Assembly: GCA_964016885.1 (NCBI GenBank)
Contig: OZ024742.1
Location: 288,548,001-288,612,000, forward strand
DNA: 64,000 nt
From: Eledone cirrhosa
Lineage: Eukaryota
Reading direction: 5' to 3'
Under the pieces are notes generated by a model. The model ran no database searches. It was not told the origin of the DNA and saw only the letters and a program-made list of their open reading frames with translations. Shown here one piece after another: positions 45,901 to 63,900 of this stretch; position 1 is the stretch's first letter, and each line of letters opens with the position of its first letter. Position numbers and translations under genes: made by a program.

Positions 45901-48900
45901 ACAGTCACAGACACACCACACACACTATAGTAGGTGGTGTACCAACAGTCACAGACACACACATACACTATAGTAGGTGGTGTACCAACAGTCACAGATA
46001 CACACACACACACTATAGTAGGTGGTGTACCAACAGTCACAGACACACACATACACTATAGTAGGTGGTGTACCAACAGTCACAGACACACACACACTAT
46101 AGTAGGTGGTGTACCAACAGTCACAGACACACACACACACACTATAGTAGGTGGTGTACCAACAGTCACAGACACACACACACTATAGTAGGTGGTGTAC
46201 CAACAGTCACAGACACACACACACCTATAGTAGGTGGTGTACCAACAGTCACAGATACACACACCACACACTATAGTAGGTGGTGTACCAACAGTCACAG
46301 ACACACACACACTATAGTAGGTGGTGTACCAACAGTCACAGACACACACACACACTATAGTAGGTGGTGTACCAACAGTCACAGACACACACACACACTA
46401 TAGTAGGTGGTGTACCAACAGTCACAGACACACACACACACACTATAGTAGGTGGTGTACCACAGTCACAGACACACACACACACTATAGTAGGTGGTGT
46501 ACCAACAGTCACAGACACACACACACACTATAGTAGGTGGTGTACCAACAGTCACAGACACACACACACACACTATAGTAGGTGGTGTACCAACAGTCAC
46601 AGACACACACACACACTATAGTAGGTGGTGTACCAACAGTCACAGACACACACACACACTATAGTAGGTGGTGTACCAACAGTCACAGACACACACATAC
46701 ACTATAGTAGGTGGTGTACCAACAGTCACAGACACACACAACACTATAGTAGGTGGTGTACCAACAGTCACAGACACACACACACACTATAGTAGGTGGT
46801 GTACCAACAGTCACAGACACACACACACACACTATAGTAGGTGGTGTACCAACAGTCACAGACACACACACACTATAGTAGGTGGTGTACCAACAGTCAC
46901 AGATACACACACACACACTATAGTAGGTGGTGTACCAACAGTCACAGATACACACACACACACTATAGTAGGTGGTGTACCAACAGTCACAGATACACAC
47001 ACACACACTATAGTAAGTGGTGTACCAACAGTCACAGATACACACACACACACTATAGTAGGTGGTGTACCAACAGTCACAGACACACACACACACACTA
47101 TAGTAGGTGGTGTACCAACAGTCACAGACACACACATACACTATAGTAGGTGGTGTACCAACAGTCACAGATACACACACACACACTATAGTAGGTGGTG
47201 TACCAACAGTCACAGACACACACATACACTATAGTAGGTGGTGTACCAACAGTCACAGACACACACATACACTATAGTAGGTGGTGTACCAACAGTCACA
47301 GATACACACACACACACTATAGTAGGTGGTGTACCAACAGTCACAGACACACACATACACTATAGTAGGTGGTGTACCAACAGTCACAGACACACACATA
47401 CACTATAGTAGGTGGTGTACCAACAGTCACAGACACACACATACACTATAGTAAGTGTTGTACCAACAGTCACAGACACACACACTATAGTAGGTGGTGT
47501 ACCAACAGTCACAGACACACACACACGCTATAGTAGGTGGTGTACCAACAGTCACAGATACACACACACGCTATAGTAGGTGGTGTACCAACAGTCACAG
47601 ACACACACACACTATAGTAAGTGGTGTACCAACAGTCACAGATACACACACACACACTATAGTAGGTGGTGTACCAACAGTCACAGACACACACACACAC
47701 ACTATAGTAGGTGGTGTACCAACAGTCACAGACACACACACACACACTATAGTAGGTGGTGTACCAACAGTCACAGAACACACACTACACTATAGTAGGT
47801 GGTGTACCAACAGTCACAGACACACACACACACACTATAGTAGGTGGTGTACCAACAGTCACAGACACACACAACACTATAGTAGGTGGTGTACCAACAG
47901 TCACAGACACACACACACACACTATAGTAGGTGGTGTACCAACAGTCACAGACACACACACACACTATAGTAGGTGGTGTACCAACAGTCACAGACACAC
48001 ACACACACTATAGTAGGTGGTGTACCAACAGTCACAGATACACACACACACACACTATAGTAGGTGGTGTACCAACAGTCACAGACACACACACACTATA
48101 GTAGGTGGTGTACCAACAGTCACAGACACACACACACACACTATAGTAGGTGGTGTACCAACAGTCACAGACACACACACACACTATAGTAGGTGGTGTA
48201 CCAACAGTCACAGATACACACACACACACTATAGTAGGTGGTGTACCAACAGTCACAGATACACACACACACACTATAGTAGGTGGTGTACCAACAGTCA
48301 CAGACACACACACACACACTATAGTAGGTGGTGTACCAACAGTCACAGATACACACACACACACTATAGTAGGTGGTGTACCAACAGTCACAGACACACA
48401 CACACACACTATAGTAGGTGGTGTACCAACAGTCACAGACACACACATACACTATAGTAGGTGGTGTACCAACAGTCACAGACACACACACACACTATAG
48501 TAGGTGGTGTACCAACAGTCACAGACACACACATACACTATAGTAGGTGGTGTACCAACAGTCACAGACACACACACACACTATAGTAGGTGGTGTACCA
48601 ACAGTCACAGATACACACACACACACTATAGTAGGTGGTGTACCAACAGTCACAGACACACACACACACTATAGTAGGTGGTGTACCAACAGTCACAGAT
48701 ACACACACACACACTATAGTAGGTGGTGTACCAACAGTCACAGACACACACATACACTATAGTAGGTGGTGTACCAACAGTCACAGACACACACACACTA
48801 TAGTAGGTGGTGTACCAACAGTCACAGACACACACACACCTATAGTAGGTGGTGTACCAACAGTCACAGATACACACACACACTATAGTAGGTGGTGTAC

Positions 48901-51900
48901 CAACAGTCACAGACACACACACACACTATAGTAAGTGGTGTACCAACAGTCACAGATACACACACACACACTATAGTAGGTGGTGTACCAACAGTCACAG
49001 ACACACACACACACACTATAGTAGGTGGTGTACCAACAGTCACAGACACACACATCCACTATAGTAGGTGGTGTACCAACAGTCACAGATACACACACAC
49101 ACACTATAGTAGGTGGTGTACCAACAGTCACAGACACACACATACACTATAGTAGGTGGTGTACCAACAGTCACAGATACACACACACACTATAGTAGGT
49201 GGTGTACCAACAGTCACAGACACACACATACACTATAGTAGGTGGTGTACCAACAGTCACAGACACACACACACTATAGTAGGTGGTGTACAACAGTCAC
49301 AGACACACACAACACTATAGTAGGTGGTGTACCAACAGTCACAGACACACACACACTATAGTAGGTGGTGTACCAACAGTCACAGATACACACACACACA
49401 CTATAGTAGGTGGTGTACCAACAGTCACAGACATACACACACACTATAGTAGGTGGTGTACCAACAGTCACAGACACACACACACACACTATAGTAGGTG
49501 GTGTACCAACAGTCACAGACACACACACACACTATAGTAGGTGGTGTACCAACAGTCACAGATACACACACACACACTATAGTAGGTGGTTGTACCAACA
49601 GTCACAGATACACACAAACACACTATAGTAGGTGGTGTACCAACAGTCACAGATACACACACACACTATAGTAAGTGGTGTACCAACAGTCACAGATACA
49701 CACACACACACTATAGTAGGTGGTGTACCAACAGTCACAGACACACACACTATAGTAGGTGGTGTACCAACAGTCACAGACACACACATACACTATAGTA
49801 GGTGGTGTACCAACAGTCACAGACACACACATACACTATAGTAAGTGGTGTACCAACAGTCACAGATACACACACACACTATAGTAGGTGGTGTACCAAC
49901 AGTCACAGACACACACACACACTATAGTAGGTGGTGTACCAACAGTCACAGATACACACACACACTATAGTAGGTGGTGTACCAACAGTCACAGACACAC
50001 ACACACTATAGTAGGTGGTGTACCAACAGTCACAGATACACACACACACACTATAGTAGGTGGTGTACCAACAGTCACAGATACACACACACACACTATA
50101 GTAGGTGGTTGTACCAACAGTCACAGATACACACAAACACACTATAGTAGGTGGTGTACCAACAGTCACAGATACACACACACACTATAGTAAGTGGTGT
50201 ACCAACAGTCACAGATACACACACACACACTATAGTAGGTGGTGTACCAACAGTCACAGATACCACACACACACTATAGTAGGTGGTGTACCAACAGTCA
50301 CAGATACACACCCACACACTATAGTAAGTGGTGTACCAACAGTCACAGATACACACACACACACTATAGTAGGTGGTGTACCAACAGTCACAGACACACA
50401 CACACACACTATAGTAGGTGGTGTACCAACAGTCACAGACACACACATACACTATAGTAGGTGGTGTACCAACAGTCACAGATACACACACACACACTAT
50501 AGTAGGTGGTGTACCAACAGTCACAGACACACACATACACTATAGTAGGTGGTGTACCAACAGTCACAGACACACACATACACTATAGTAGGTGGTGTAC
50601 CAACAGTCACAGATACACACCCACACACTATAGTAGGTGGTGTACCAACAGTCACAGACACACACATACACTATAGTAGGTGGTGTACCAACAGTCACAG
50701 ACACACACATACACTATAGTAGGTGGTGTACCAACAGTCACAGACACACACATACACTATAGTAAGTGTTGTACCAACAGTCACAGACACACACACTATA
50801 GTAGGTGGTGTACCAACAGTCACAGACACACACACACGCTATAGTAGGTGGTGTACCAACAGTCACAGATACACACACACGCTATAGTAGGTGGTGTACC
50901 AACAGTCACAGACACACACACACTATAGTAAGTGGTGTACCAACAGTCACAGATACACACACACACACTATAGTAGGTGGTGTACCAACAGTCACAGACA
51001 CACACACACACACTATAGTAGGTGGTGTACCAACAGTCACAGACACACACATCCACTATAGTAAGTGGTGTAACAACAGTCACAGATACACACACACACA
51101 CTATAGTAGGTTGTGTACCAACAGTCACAGACACACACATACACTATAGTAAGTGTTGTACCAACAGTCACAGACACACACACTATAGTAGGTGGTGTAC
51201 CAACAGTCACAGACACACACACACACACTATAGTAGGTGGTGTACCAACAGTCACAGACACACACATCCACTATAGTAAGTGGTGTAACAACAGTCACAG
51301 ATACACACACACACACTATAGTAAGTGGTGTACCAACAGTCACAGACACACACATACACTACAGTAGGTGGTGTACCAACAGTCACAGACACACACACAC
51401 TATAGTAGGTGGTGTACCAACAGTCACAGACACACACACACTATAGTAGGTGGTGTACCAACAGTCACAGACACACACATACACTATAGTAGGTGGTGTA
51501 CCAACAGTCACACACACACTACACTATAGTAGGTGGTGTACCAACAGTCACAGATACACACACACACACTATAGTAGGTGGTGTACCAACAGTCACAGAC
51601 ATACACACACACTATAGTAGGTGGTGTACCAACAGTCACAGACACACACACACACACACTATAGTAGGTGGTGTACCAACAGTCACAGACACACACACAC
51701 ACTATAGTAGGTGGTGTACCAACAGTCACAGATACACACACACACACACTATAGTAGGTGTTGTACCAACAGTCACAGATACACACAAACACACTATAGT
51801 AGGTGGTGTACCAACAGTCACAGATACACACACACACACTATAGTAAGTGGTGTACCAACAGTCACAGATACACACACACACTATAGTAGGTGGTGTACC

Positions 51901-54900
51901 AACAGTCACAGACACACACACTATAGTAGGTGGTGTACCAACAGTCACAGACACACACATACACTATAGTAGGTGGTGTACCAACAGTCACAGACACACA
52001 CATACACTATAGTAAGTGGTGTACCAACAGTCACAGATACACACACACACTATAGTAGGTGGTGTACCAACAGTCACAGACACACACACACACTATAGTA
52101 GGTGGTGTACCAACAGTCACAGATACACACACACACTATAGTAGGTGGTGTACCAACAGTCACAGACACACACACACTATAGTAAGTGGTGTACCAACAG
52201 TCACAGATACACACACACACACTATAGTAGGTGGTGTACCAACAGTCACAGATACACACACACACTATAGTAGGTGGTTGTACCAACAGTCACAGATACA
52301 CACACACACACTATAGTAGGTGGTGTACCAACAGTCACAGATACACACACACACACTATAGTAAGTGGTGTACCAACAGTCACAGATACACACACACACA
52401 CTATAGTAGGTGGTGTACCAACAGTCACAGACACACACACACTATAGTAGGTGGTGTACCAACAGTCACAGACACACACATACACTATAGTAGGTGGTGT
52501 ACCAACAGTCACAGACACACACACACTATAGTAGGTGGTGTACCCAGTCACAGACACACACATACACTATAGTAGGTGGTGTACCAACAGTCACAGACAC
52601 ACACACACTATAGTAGGTGGTGTACCAACAGTCACAGACACACACACACACTATAGTAGGTGGTGTACCAACAGTCACAGACACACACATACACTATAGT
52701 AGGTGGTGTACCAACAGTCACAGACACACACACACACACTATAGTAGGTGGTGTACCAACAGTCACAGATACACACACACACACTATAGTAGGTGGTGTA
52801 CCAACAGTCACAGACACACACACACACACACTATAGTAGGTGGTGTACCAACAGTCACAGACACACACACACTATAGTAGGTGGTGTACCAACAGTCACA
52901 GACACACACACACTCACACTATAGTAGGTGGTGTACCAACAGTCACAGACACACACATACACTATAGTAGGTGGTGTACCAACAGTCACAGACACACACA
53001 ACACTATAGTAGGTGGGTGTACCAACAGTCACAGATACACACACACACACACTATAGTAGGTGGTGTACCAACAGTCACAGACACACACACACACTATAG
53101 TAGGTGGTGTACCAACAGTCACAGATACACACACACACTATAGTAGGTGGTGTACCAACAGTCACAGATACACACACACACTATAGTAAGGTGGTGTACC
53201 AACAGTCACAGACACACACATACACTATAGTAGGTGGTGTACCAACAGTCACAGACACACACACACTATAGTAGGTGGTGTACCAACAGTCACAGACACA
53301 CACACACTATAGTAGGTGGTGTACCAACAGTCACAGACACACACAACACTATAGTAGGTGGTGTACCAACAGTCACAGATACACACACACACACTATAGT
53401 AGGTGGTGTACCAACAGTCACAGACATACACACACACTATAGTAGGTGGTGTACCAACAGTCACAGACACACACACACACACACTATAGTAGGTGGTGTA
53501 CCAACAGTCACAGACACACACACACACTATAGTAGGTGGTGTACCAACAGTCACAGATACACACACACACACTATAGTAGGTGGTGTACCAACAGTCACA
53601 GACACACACAAACACACTATAGTAGGTGGTGTACCAACAGTCACAGACACACACATACACTATAGTAGGTGGTGTACCAACAGTCACAGATACACACACA
53701 CACACTATAGTAGGTGGTGTACCAACAGTCACAGACACACAACACTATAGTAGGTGGTGTACCAACAGTCACAGACACACACATACACTATAGTAGGTGG
53801 TGTACCAACAGTCACAGACACACACATACACTATAGTAAGGTGGTGTACCAACAGTCACAGAACACACACACACACTATAGTAGGTGGTGTACCAACAGT
53901 CACAGACACACACACACACTATAGTAGGTGGTGTACCAACAGTCACAGATACACACACACACTATAGTAGGTGGTGTACCAACAGTCACAGACACACACA
54001 CACACTATAGTAGGGTGGTGTACCAACAGTCACAGATACACACACACACACTATAGTAGGTGGTGTACCAACAGTCACAGAACACACACACACACTATAG
54101 TAGGTGGTTGTACCAACAGTCACAGATACACACACACACACTATAGTAGGTGGTGTACCAACAGTCACAGATACACACACACACACTATAGTAGGTGGTG
54201 TACCAACAGTCACAGATACACACACACACACTATAGTAGGTGGTGTACCAACAGTCACAGACACACACACACTATAGTAGGTGGTGTACCAACAGTCACA
54301 GACACACACATACACTATAGTAGGTGGTGTACCAACAGTCACAGACACACACACACTATAGTAGGTGGTGTACCAACAGTCACAGACACACACACACACA
54401 CTATAGTAGGTGGTGTACCAACAGTCACAGACACACACACACACTATAGTAGGTGGTGTACCAACAGTCACAGATACACACACACACACTATAGTAGGTG
54501 GTGTACCAACAGTCACAGACACACACACACACTATAGTAGGTGGTGTACCAACAGTCACAGACACACACACACACTATAGTAGGTGGTGTACCAACAGTC
54601 ACAGATACACACACACACACTATAGTAGGTGGTGTACCAACAGTCACAGACACACACACACTATAGTAGGTGGTGTACCAACAGTCACAGACACACACAT
54701 ACACTATAGTAGGTGGTGTACCAACAGTCACAGACACACACATACACTATAGTAGGTGGTGTACCAACAGTCACAGACACACACACACTATAGTAGGTGG
54801 TGTACCAACAGTCACAGACACACACACACACTATAGTAGGTGGTGTACCAACAGTCACAGACACACACACACACTATAGTAGGTGGTGTACCAACAGTCA

Positions 54901-57900
54901 CAGACACACACACACTATAGTAAGGTGGTGTACCAACAGTCACAGATACACACACACACACTATAGTAGGTGGTGTACCAACAGTCACAGACACACACAT
55001 ACACTATAGTAGGTGGTGTACCAACAGTCACAGACACACACACACACTATAGTAGGTGGTGTACCAACAGTCACAGATACACACACACACACTATAGTAG
55101 GTGGTGTACCAACAGTCACAGACACACACACACACTATAGTAGGTGGTGTACCAACAGTCACAGACACACACACACACTATAGTAGGTGGTGTACCAACA
55201 GTCACAGACACACACACACACTATAGTAGGTGGTGTACCAACAGTCACAGATACACACACACACACTATAGTAGGTGGTGTACCAACAGTCACAGACACA
55301 CACACACACTATAGTAGGTGGTGTACCAACAGTCACAGATACACACACACACACTATAGTAGGTGGTGTACCAACAGTCACAGATACACACACACACACT
55401 ATAGTAGGTGGTGTACCAACAGTCACAGACACACACACACACTATAGTAGGTGGTGTACCAACAGTCACAGACACACACACACACTATAGTAGGTGGTGT
55501 ACCAACAGTCACAGATACACACACACACACTATAGTAGGTGGTGTACCAACAGTCACAGACACACACATACACTATAGTAGGTGGTGTACCAACAGTCAC
55601 AGACACACACACACACTATAGTAGGTGGTGTACCAACAGTCACAGATACACACACACACACTATAGTAGGTGGTGTACCAACAGTCACAGACACACACAT
55701 ACACTATAGTAGGTGGTGTACCAACAGTCACAGACACACACATACACTATAGTAGGTGGTGTACCAACAGTCACAGACACACACATACACTATAGTAAGT
55801 GTTGTACCAACAGTCACAGACACACACACACTATAGTAGGTGGTGTACCAACAGTCACAGACACACACACACACTATAGTAGGTGGTGTACCAACAGTCA
55901 CAGATACACACACACACTATAGTAGGTGGTGTACCAACAGTCACAGACACACACACACTATAGTAAGTGGTGTACCAACAGTCACAGATACACACACACA
56001 CACTATAGTAGGTGGTGTACCAACAGTCACAGACACACACACACACACTATAGTAGGTGGTGTACCAACAGTCACAGTACACACACAACACTATAGTAGG
56101 TGGTGTACCAACAGTCACAGATACACACACACACACTATAGTAGGTGGTGTACCAACAGTCACAGACACACACATACACTATAGTAGGTGGTGTACCAAC
56201 AGTCACAGACACACAACACTATAGTAGGTGGTGTACCAACAGTCACAGACACACACACACACACTATAGTAGGTGGTGTACCAACAGTCACAGACACACA
56301 CACACACTATAGTAGGTGGTGTACCAACAGTCACAGATACACACACACACACTATAGTAGGTGGTGTACCAACAGTCACAGACACACACATACACTATAG
56401 TAGGTGGTGTACCAACAGTCACAGACACACACACACTATAGTAGGTGGTGTACCAACAGTCACAGACACACACACACTATAGTAGGTGGTGTACCAACAG
56501 TCACAGACACACACATACACTATAGTAGGTGGTGTACCAACAGTCACAGACACACACACACTATAGTAGGTGGTGTACCAACAGTCACAGACACACACAC
56601 ACACACTATAGTAGGTGGTGTACCAACAGTCACAGACACACACACACAACACTATAGTAAGGTGGTGTACCAACAGTCACAGACACACACACACACTATA
56701 GTAGGTGGTGTACCAACAGTCACAGATACACACACACACACTATAGTAGGTGGTTGTACCAACAGTCACAGATACACACAAACACACTATAGTAGGTGGT
56801 GTACCAACAGTCACAGACACACACACACACTATAGTAGGGTGGTGTACCAACAGTCACAGATACACACACACACACTATAGTAGGTGGTGTACCAACAGT
56901 CACAGACACACACACACTATAGTAGGTGGTGTACCAACAGTCACAGACACACACATACACTATAGTAGGTGGTGTACCAACAGTCACAGACACACACATA
57001 CACTATAGTAAGTGGTGTACCAACAGTCACAGATACACACACACACTATAGTAGGTGGTGTACCAACAGTCACAGACACACACACACACTATAGTAGGTG
57101 GTGTACCAACAGTCACAGATACACACACACACTATAGTAGGTGGTGTACCAACAGTCACAGACACACACACACTATAGTAGGTGGTGTACCAACAGTCAC
57201 AGACACACACACACACTATAGTAGGTGGTGTACCAACAGTCACAGACACACACACACACTATAGTAGGTGGTTGTACCAACAGTCACAGATACACACAAC
57301 ACACTATAGTAGGTGGTGTACCAACAGTCACAGACACACACACACACTATAGTAGGTGGTGTACCAACAGTCACAGATACACACACACACACTATAGTAG
57401 GTGGTGTACCAACAGTCACAGACACACACACACTATAGTAAGGTGGTGTACCAACAGTCACAGACACACACACACACTATAGTAGGTGGTGTACCAACAG
57501 TCACAGACACACACACACTATAGTAGGTGGTGTACCAACAGTCACAGATACACACACACACTATAGTAGGTGGTGTACCAACAGTCACAGACACACACAC
57601 ACTATAGTAGGTGGTGTACCAACAGTCACAGACACACACACACACTATAGTAGGTGGTGTACCAACAGTCACAGACACACACATACACTATAGTAGGTGG
57701 TGTACCAACAGTCACAGACACACACAACACTATAGTAGGTGGTGTACCAACAGTCACAGACACACACACACACTATAGTAGGTGGTGTACCAACAGTCAC
57801 AGAACACACACACACACTATAGTAGGTGGTGTACCAACAGTCACAGACACACACACACACTATAGTAGGTGGTGTACCAACAGTCACAGAACACACACAC

Positions 57901-60900
57901 ACACTATAGTAGGTGGTGTACCAACAGTCACAGACACACACACACACTATAGTAGGTGGTGTACCAACAGTCACAGACACACACACACACTATAGTAGGT
58001 GGTGTACCAACAGTCACAGATACACACACACACACTATAGTAGGTGGTGTACCAACAGTCACAGACACACACACACACTATAGTAGGTGGTGTACCAACA
58101 GTCACAGACACACACACACACTATAGTAGGTGGTGTACCAACAGTCACAGACACACACACACACTATAGTAGGTGGTGTACCAACAGTCACAGACACACA
58201 CACACACTATAGTAGGTGGTGTACCAACAGTCACAGACACACACACACACACTATAGTAGGTGGTGTACCAACAGTCACAGATACACACACACACACTAT
58301 AGTAGGTGGTGTACCAACAGTCACAGATACACACACACACACTATAGTAGGTGGTGTACCAACAGTCACAGACACACACACACACTATAGTAGGTGGTGT
58401 ACCAACAGTCACAGACACACACACACTACACTATAGTAGGTGGTGTACCAACAGTCACAGACACACACACACACACTATAGTAGGTGGTGTACCAACAGT
58501 CACAGACACACACACACACTATAGTAGGTGGTGTACCAACAGTCACAGATACACACACACACACTATAGTAGGTGGTGTACCAACAGTCACAGATACACA
58601 CACACACACTATAGTAGGTGGTGTACCAACAGTCACAGACACACACACACACTATAGTAGGTGGTGTACCAACAGTCACAGACACACACACACACTATAG
58701 TAGGTGGTGTACCAACAGTCACAGACACACACAACACTATAGTAGGTGGTGTACCAACAGTCACAGACACACACAACACTATAGTAGGTGGTGTACCAAC
58801 AGTCACAGACACACACACACACTATAGTAGGTGGTGTACCAACAGTCACAGACACACACACACTATAGTAGGTGGTGTACCAACAGTCACAGAGACACAC
58901 ACACACACTATAGTAGGTGGTGTACCAACAGTCACAGACACACACACACACTATAGTAGGTGGTGTACCAACAGTCACAGACACACACAACACTATAGTA
59001 GGTGGTGTACCAACAGTCACAGACACACACACACACTATAGTAGGTGGTGTACCAACAGTCACAGACACACACACACACACTATAGTAGGTGGTGTACCA
59101 ACAGTCACAGACACACACACACTATAGTAGGTGGTGTACCAACAGTCACAGACACACACACACACACTATAGTAGGTGGTGTACCAACAGTCACAGACAC
59201 ACACACACACACTATAGTAGGTGGTGTACCAACAGTCACAGACACACACATACACTATAGTAGGTGGTGTACCAACAGTCACAGATACACACACACACAC
59301 TATAGTAGGTGGTGTACCAACAGTCACAGACACACACACACACTATAGTAGGTGGTGTACCAACAGTCACAGACACACACACACACACTATAGTAGGTGG
59401 TGTACCAACAGTCACAGACACACACACACACACTATAGTAGGTGGTGTACCAACAGTCACAGATACACACACACACACTATAGTAGGTGGTGTACCAACA
59501 GTCACAGATACACACACACACACTATAGTAGGTGGTGTACCAACAGTCACAGAACACACACACACACTATAGTAGGTGGTGTACCAACAGTCACAGACAC
59601 ACACACACACTATAGTAGGTGGTGTACCAACAGTCACAGACACACACACACACACTATAGTAGGTGGTGTACCAACAGTCACAGACACACACATACACTA
59701 TAGTAGGTGGTGTACCAACAGTCACAGACACACACATACACTATAGTAGGTGGTGTACCAACAGTCACAGATACACACACACACACTATAGTAGGTGGTG
59801 TACCAACAGTCACAGATACACACACACACACTATAGTAGGTGGTGTACCAACAGTCACAGACACACACACACACACTATAGTAGGTGGTGTACCAACAGT
59901 CACAGACACACACATACACTATAGTAGGTGGTGTACCAACAGTCACAGATACACACACACACACTATAGTAGGTGGTTGTACCAACAGTCACAGACACAC
60001 ACATACACTATAGTAGGTGGTGTACCAACAGTCACAGACACACACATACACTATAGTAGGTGGTGTACCAACAGTCACAGATACACACACACACACTATA
60101 GTAGGTGGTGTACCAACAGTCACAGACACACACATACACTATAGTAGGTGGTGTACCAACAGTCACAGACACACACATACACTATAGTAGGTGGTGTACC
60201 AACAGTCACAGACACACACATACACTATAGTAAGTGGTGTACCAACAGTCACAGACACACACCACTATAGTAGGTGGTGTACCAACAGTCACAGACACAC
60301 ACACAGCTATAGTAGGTGGTGTACCAACAGTCACAGATACACACACACGCTATAGTAGGTGGTGTACCAACAGTCACAGACACACACACACACTATAGTA
60401 GGTGGTGTACCAACAGTCACAGATACACACACACACACTATAGTAGGTGGTGTACCAACAGTCACAGACACACACACACACACTATAGTAGGTGGTGTAC
60501 CAACAGTCACAGACACACACATCCACTATAGTAAGTGGTGTACCAACAGTCACAGATACACACACACACACTATAGTAGGTGGTGTACCAACAGTCACAG
60601 ACACACACATACACTATAGTAGGTGGTGTACCAACAGTCACAGACACACACACACTATAGTAGGTGGTGTACCAACAGTCACAGACACACACACACACAC
60701 TATAGTAGGTGGTGTACCAACAGTCACAGACACACACATCCACTATAGTAGGTGGTGTACCAACAGTCACAGATACACACACACACACTATAGTAAGGTG
60801 GTGTACCAACAGTCACAGACACACACATACACTATAGTAGGTGGTGTACCAACAGTCACAGACACACACACACACTATAGTAGGTGGTGTACCAACAGTC

Positions 60901-63900
60901 ACAGACACACACACACTATAGTAGGTGGTGTACCAACAGTCACAGACACACACAACACTATAGTAGGTGGTGTACCAACAGTCACACACACATACACTAT
61001 AGTAGGTGGTGTACCAACAGTCACAGATACACACACACACACTATAGTAGGTGGTGTACCAACAGTCACAGACATACACACACACTATAGTAGGTGGTGT
61101 ACCAACAGTCACAGACACACACACACACACACTATAGTAGGTGGTGTACCAACAGTCACAGACACACACACACACTATAGTAGGTGGTGTACCAACAGTC
61201 ACAGATACACACACACACACACACTATAGTAGGTGTTGTACCAACAGTCACAGATACACACAAACACACTATAGTAGGTGGTGTACCAACAGTCACAGAT
61301 ACACACACACACACTATAGTAAGTGGTGTACCAACAGTCACAGATACACACACACACACTATAGTAGGTGGTGTACCAACAGTCACAGACACACACACTA
61401 TAGTAGGTGGTGTACCAACAGTCACAGACACACACATACACTATAGTAGGTGGTGTACCAACAGTCACAGACACACACATACACTATAGTAGGTGGTGTA
61501 CCAACAGTCACAGATACACACACACACTATAGTAGGTGGTGTACCAACAGTCACAGATACACACACACACTATAGTAGGTGGTGTACCAACAGTCACAGA
61601 CACACACACACTATAGTAAGTGGTGTACCAACAGTCACAGATACACACACACACACTATAGTAGGTGGTGTACCAACAGTCACAGATACACACACACACT
61701 ATAGTAGGTGTTGTACCAACAGTCACAGATACACACACACACACTATAGTAGGTGGTGTACCAACAGTCACAGATACACACACACACACTATAGTAGGGT
61801 GGTGTACCAACAGTCACAGATACACACACACACACTATAGTAGGTGGTGTACCAACAGTCACAGACACACACACTATAGTAGGTGGTGTACCAACAGTCA
61901 CAGACACACACATACACTATAGTAGGTGGTGTACCAACAGTCACAGACACACACACACTATAGTAGGTGGTGTACCAACAGTCACAGACACACACACACA
62001 CACTATAGTAGGTGGTGTACCAACAGTCACAGACACACACACACTATAGTAGGTGGTGTACCAACAGTCACAGACACACACACACACACTATAGTAGGTG
62101 GTGTACCAACAGTCACAGACACACACACACTATAGTAGGTGGTGTACCAACAGTCACAGACACACACACACACACACTATAGTAGGTGGTGTACCAACAG
62201 TCACAGACACACACACACTATAGTAGGTGGTGTACCAACAGTCACAGACACACACACACACACACTATAGTAGGTGGTGTACCAACAGTCACAGACACAC
62301 ACATACACTATAGTAGGTGGTGTACCAACAGTCACAGACACACACATACACTATAGTAGGTGGTGTACCAACAGTCACAGATACACACACACACACTATA
62401 GTAGGTGGTGTACCAACAGTCACAGACACACACACACACTATAGTAGGTGGTGTACCAACAGTCACAGATACACACACACACTATAGTAGGTGGTGTACC
62501 AACAGTCACAGATACACACACACACACTATAGTAGGTGGTGTACCAACAGTCACAGATACACACACACACACTATAGTAGGTGGTGTACCAACAGTCACA
62601 GATACACACACACACACTATAGTAAGTGGTGTACCAACAGTCACAGATACACACACACACACTATAGTAGGTGGTGTACCAACAGTCACAGACACACACA
62701 CACACACTATAGTAGGTGGTGTACCAACAGTCACAGACACACACATACACTATAGTAGGTGGTGTACCAACAGTCACAGATACACACACACACACTATAG
62801 TAGGTGGTGTACCAACAGTCACAGACACACACATACACTATAGTAGGTGGTGTACCAACAGTCACAGACACACACATACACTATAGTAGGTGGTGTACCA
62901 ACAGTCACAGATACACACACACACACTATAGTAGGTGGTGTACCAACAGTCACAGACACACACATACACTATAGTAGGTGGTGTACCAACAGTCACAGAC
63001 ACACACATACACTATAGTAGGTGGTGTACCAACAGTCACAGACACACACATACACTATAGTAAGTGTTGTACCAACAGTCACAGACACACACACACTATA
63101 GTAGGTGGTGTACCAACAGTCACAGACACACACACAGCTATAGTAGGTGGTGTACCAACAGTCACAGATACACACACACACTATAGTAGGTGGTGTACCA
63201 ACAGTCACAGACACACACACACTATAGTAAGGTGGTGTACCAACAGTCACAGATACACACACACACACTATAGTAGGTGGTGTACCAACAGTCACAGACA
63301 CACACACACACACTATAGTAGGTGGTGTACCAACAGTCACAGACACACACACACACTATAGTAGGTGGTGTACCAACAGTCACAGACACACATACACTAT
63401 AGTAGGTGGTGTACCAACAGTCACAGACACACACACACACACTATAGTAGGTGGTGTACCAACAGTCACAGACACACACACACTATAGTAGGTGGTGTAC
63501 CAACAGTCACAGACACACACACACACTATAGTAGGTGGTGTACCAACAGTCACAGACACACACATACACTATAGTAGGTGGTGTACCAACAGTCACAGAC
63601 ACACACATACACTATAGTAGGTGGTGTACCAACAGTCACAGATACACACACACACACACTATAGTAGGTGGTGTACCAACAGTCACAGACACACACACAC
63701 ACTATAGTAGGTGGTGTACCAACAGTCACAGACACACACACACACACTATAGTAGGTGGTGTACCAACAGTCACAGACACACACACACTCTATAGTAGGT
63801 GGTGTACCAACAGTCACAGATACACACACACACACTATAGTAGGTGGTGTACCAACAGTCACAGATACACACACACACACTATAGTAGGTGGTGTACCAA

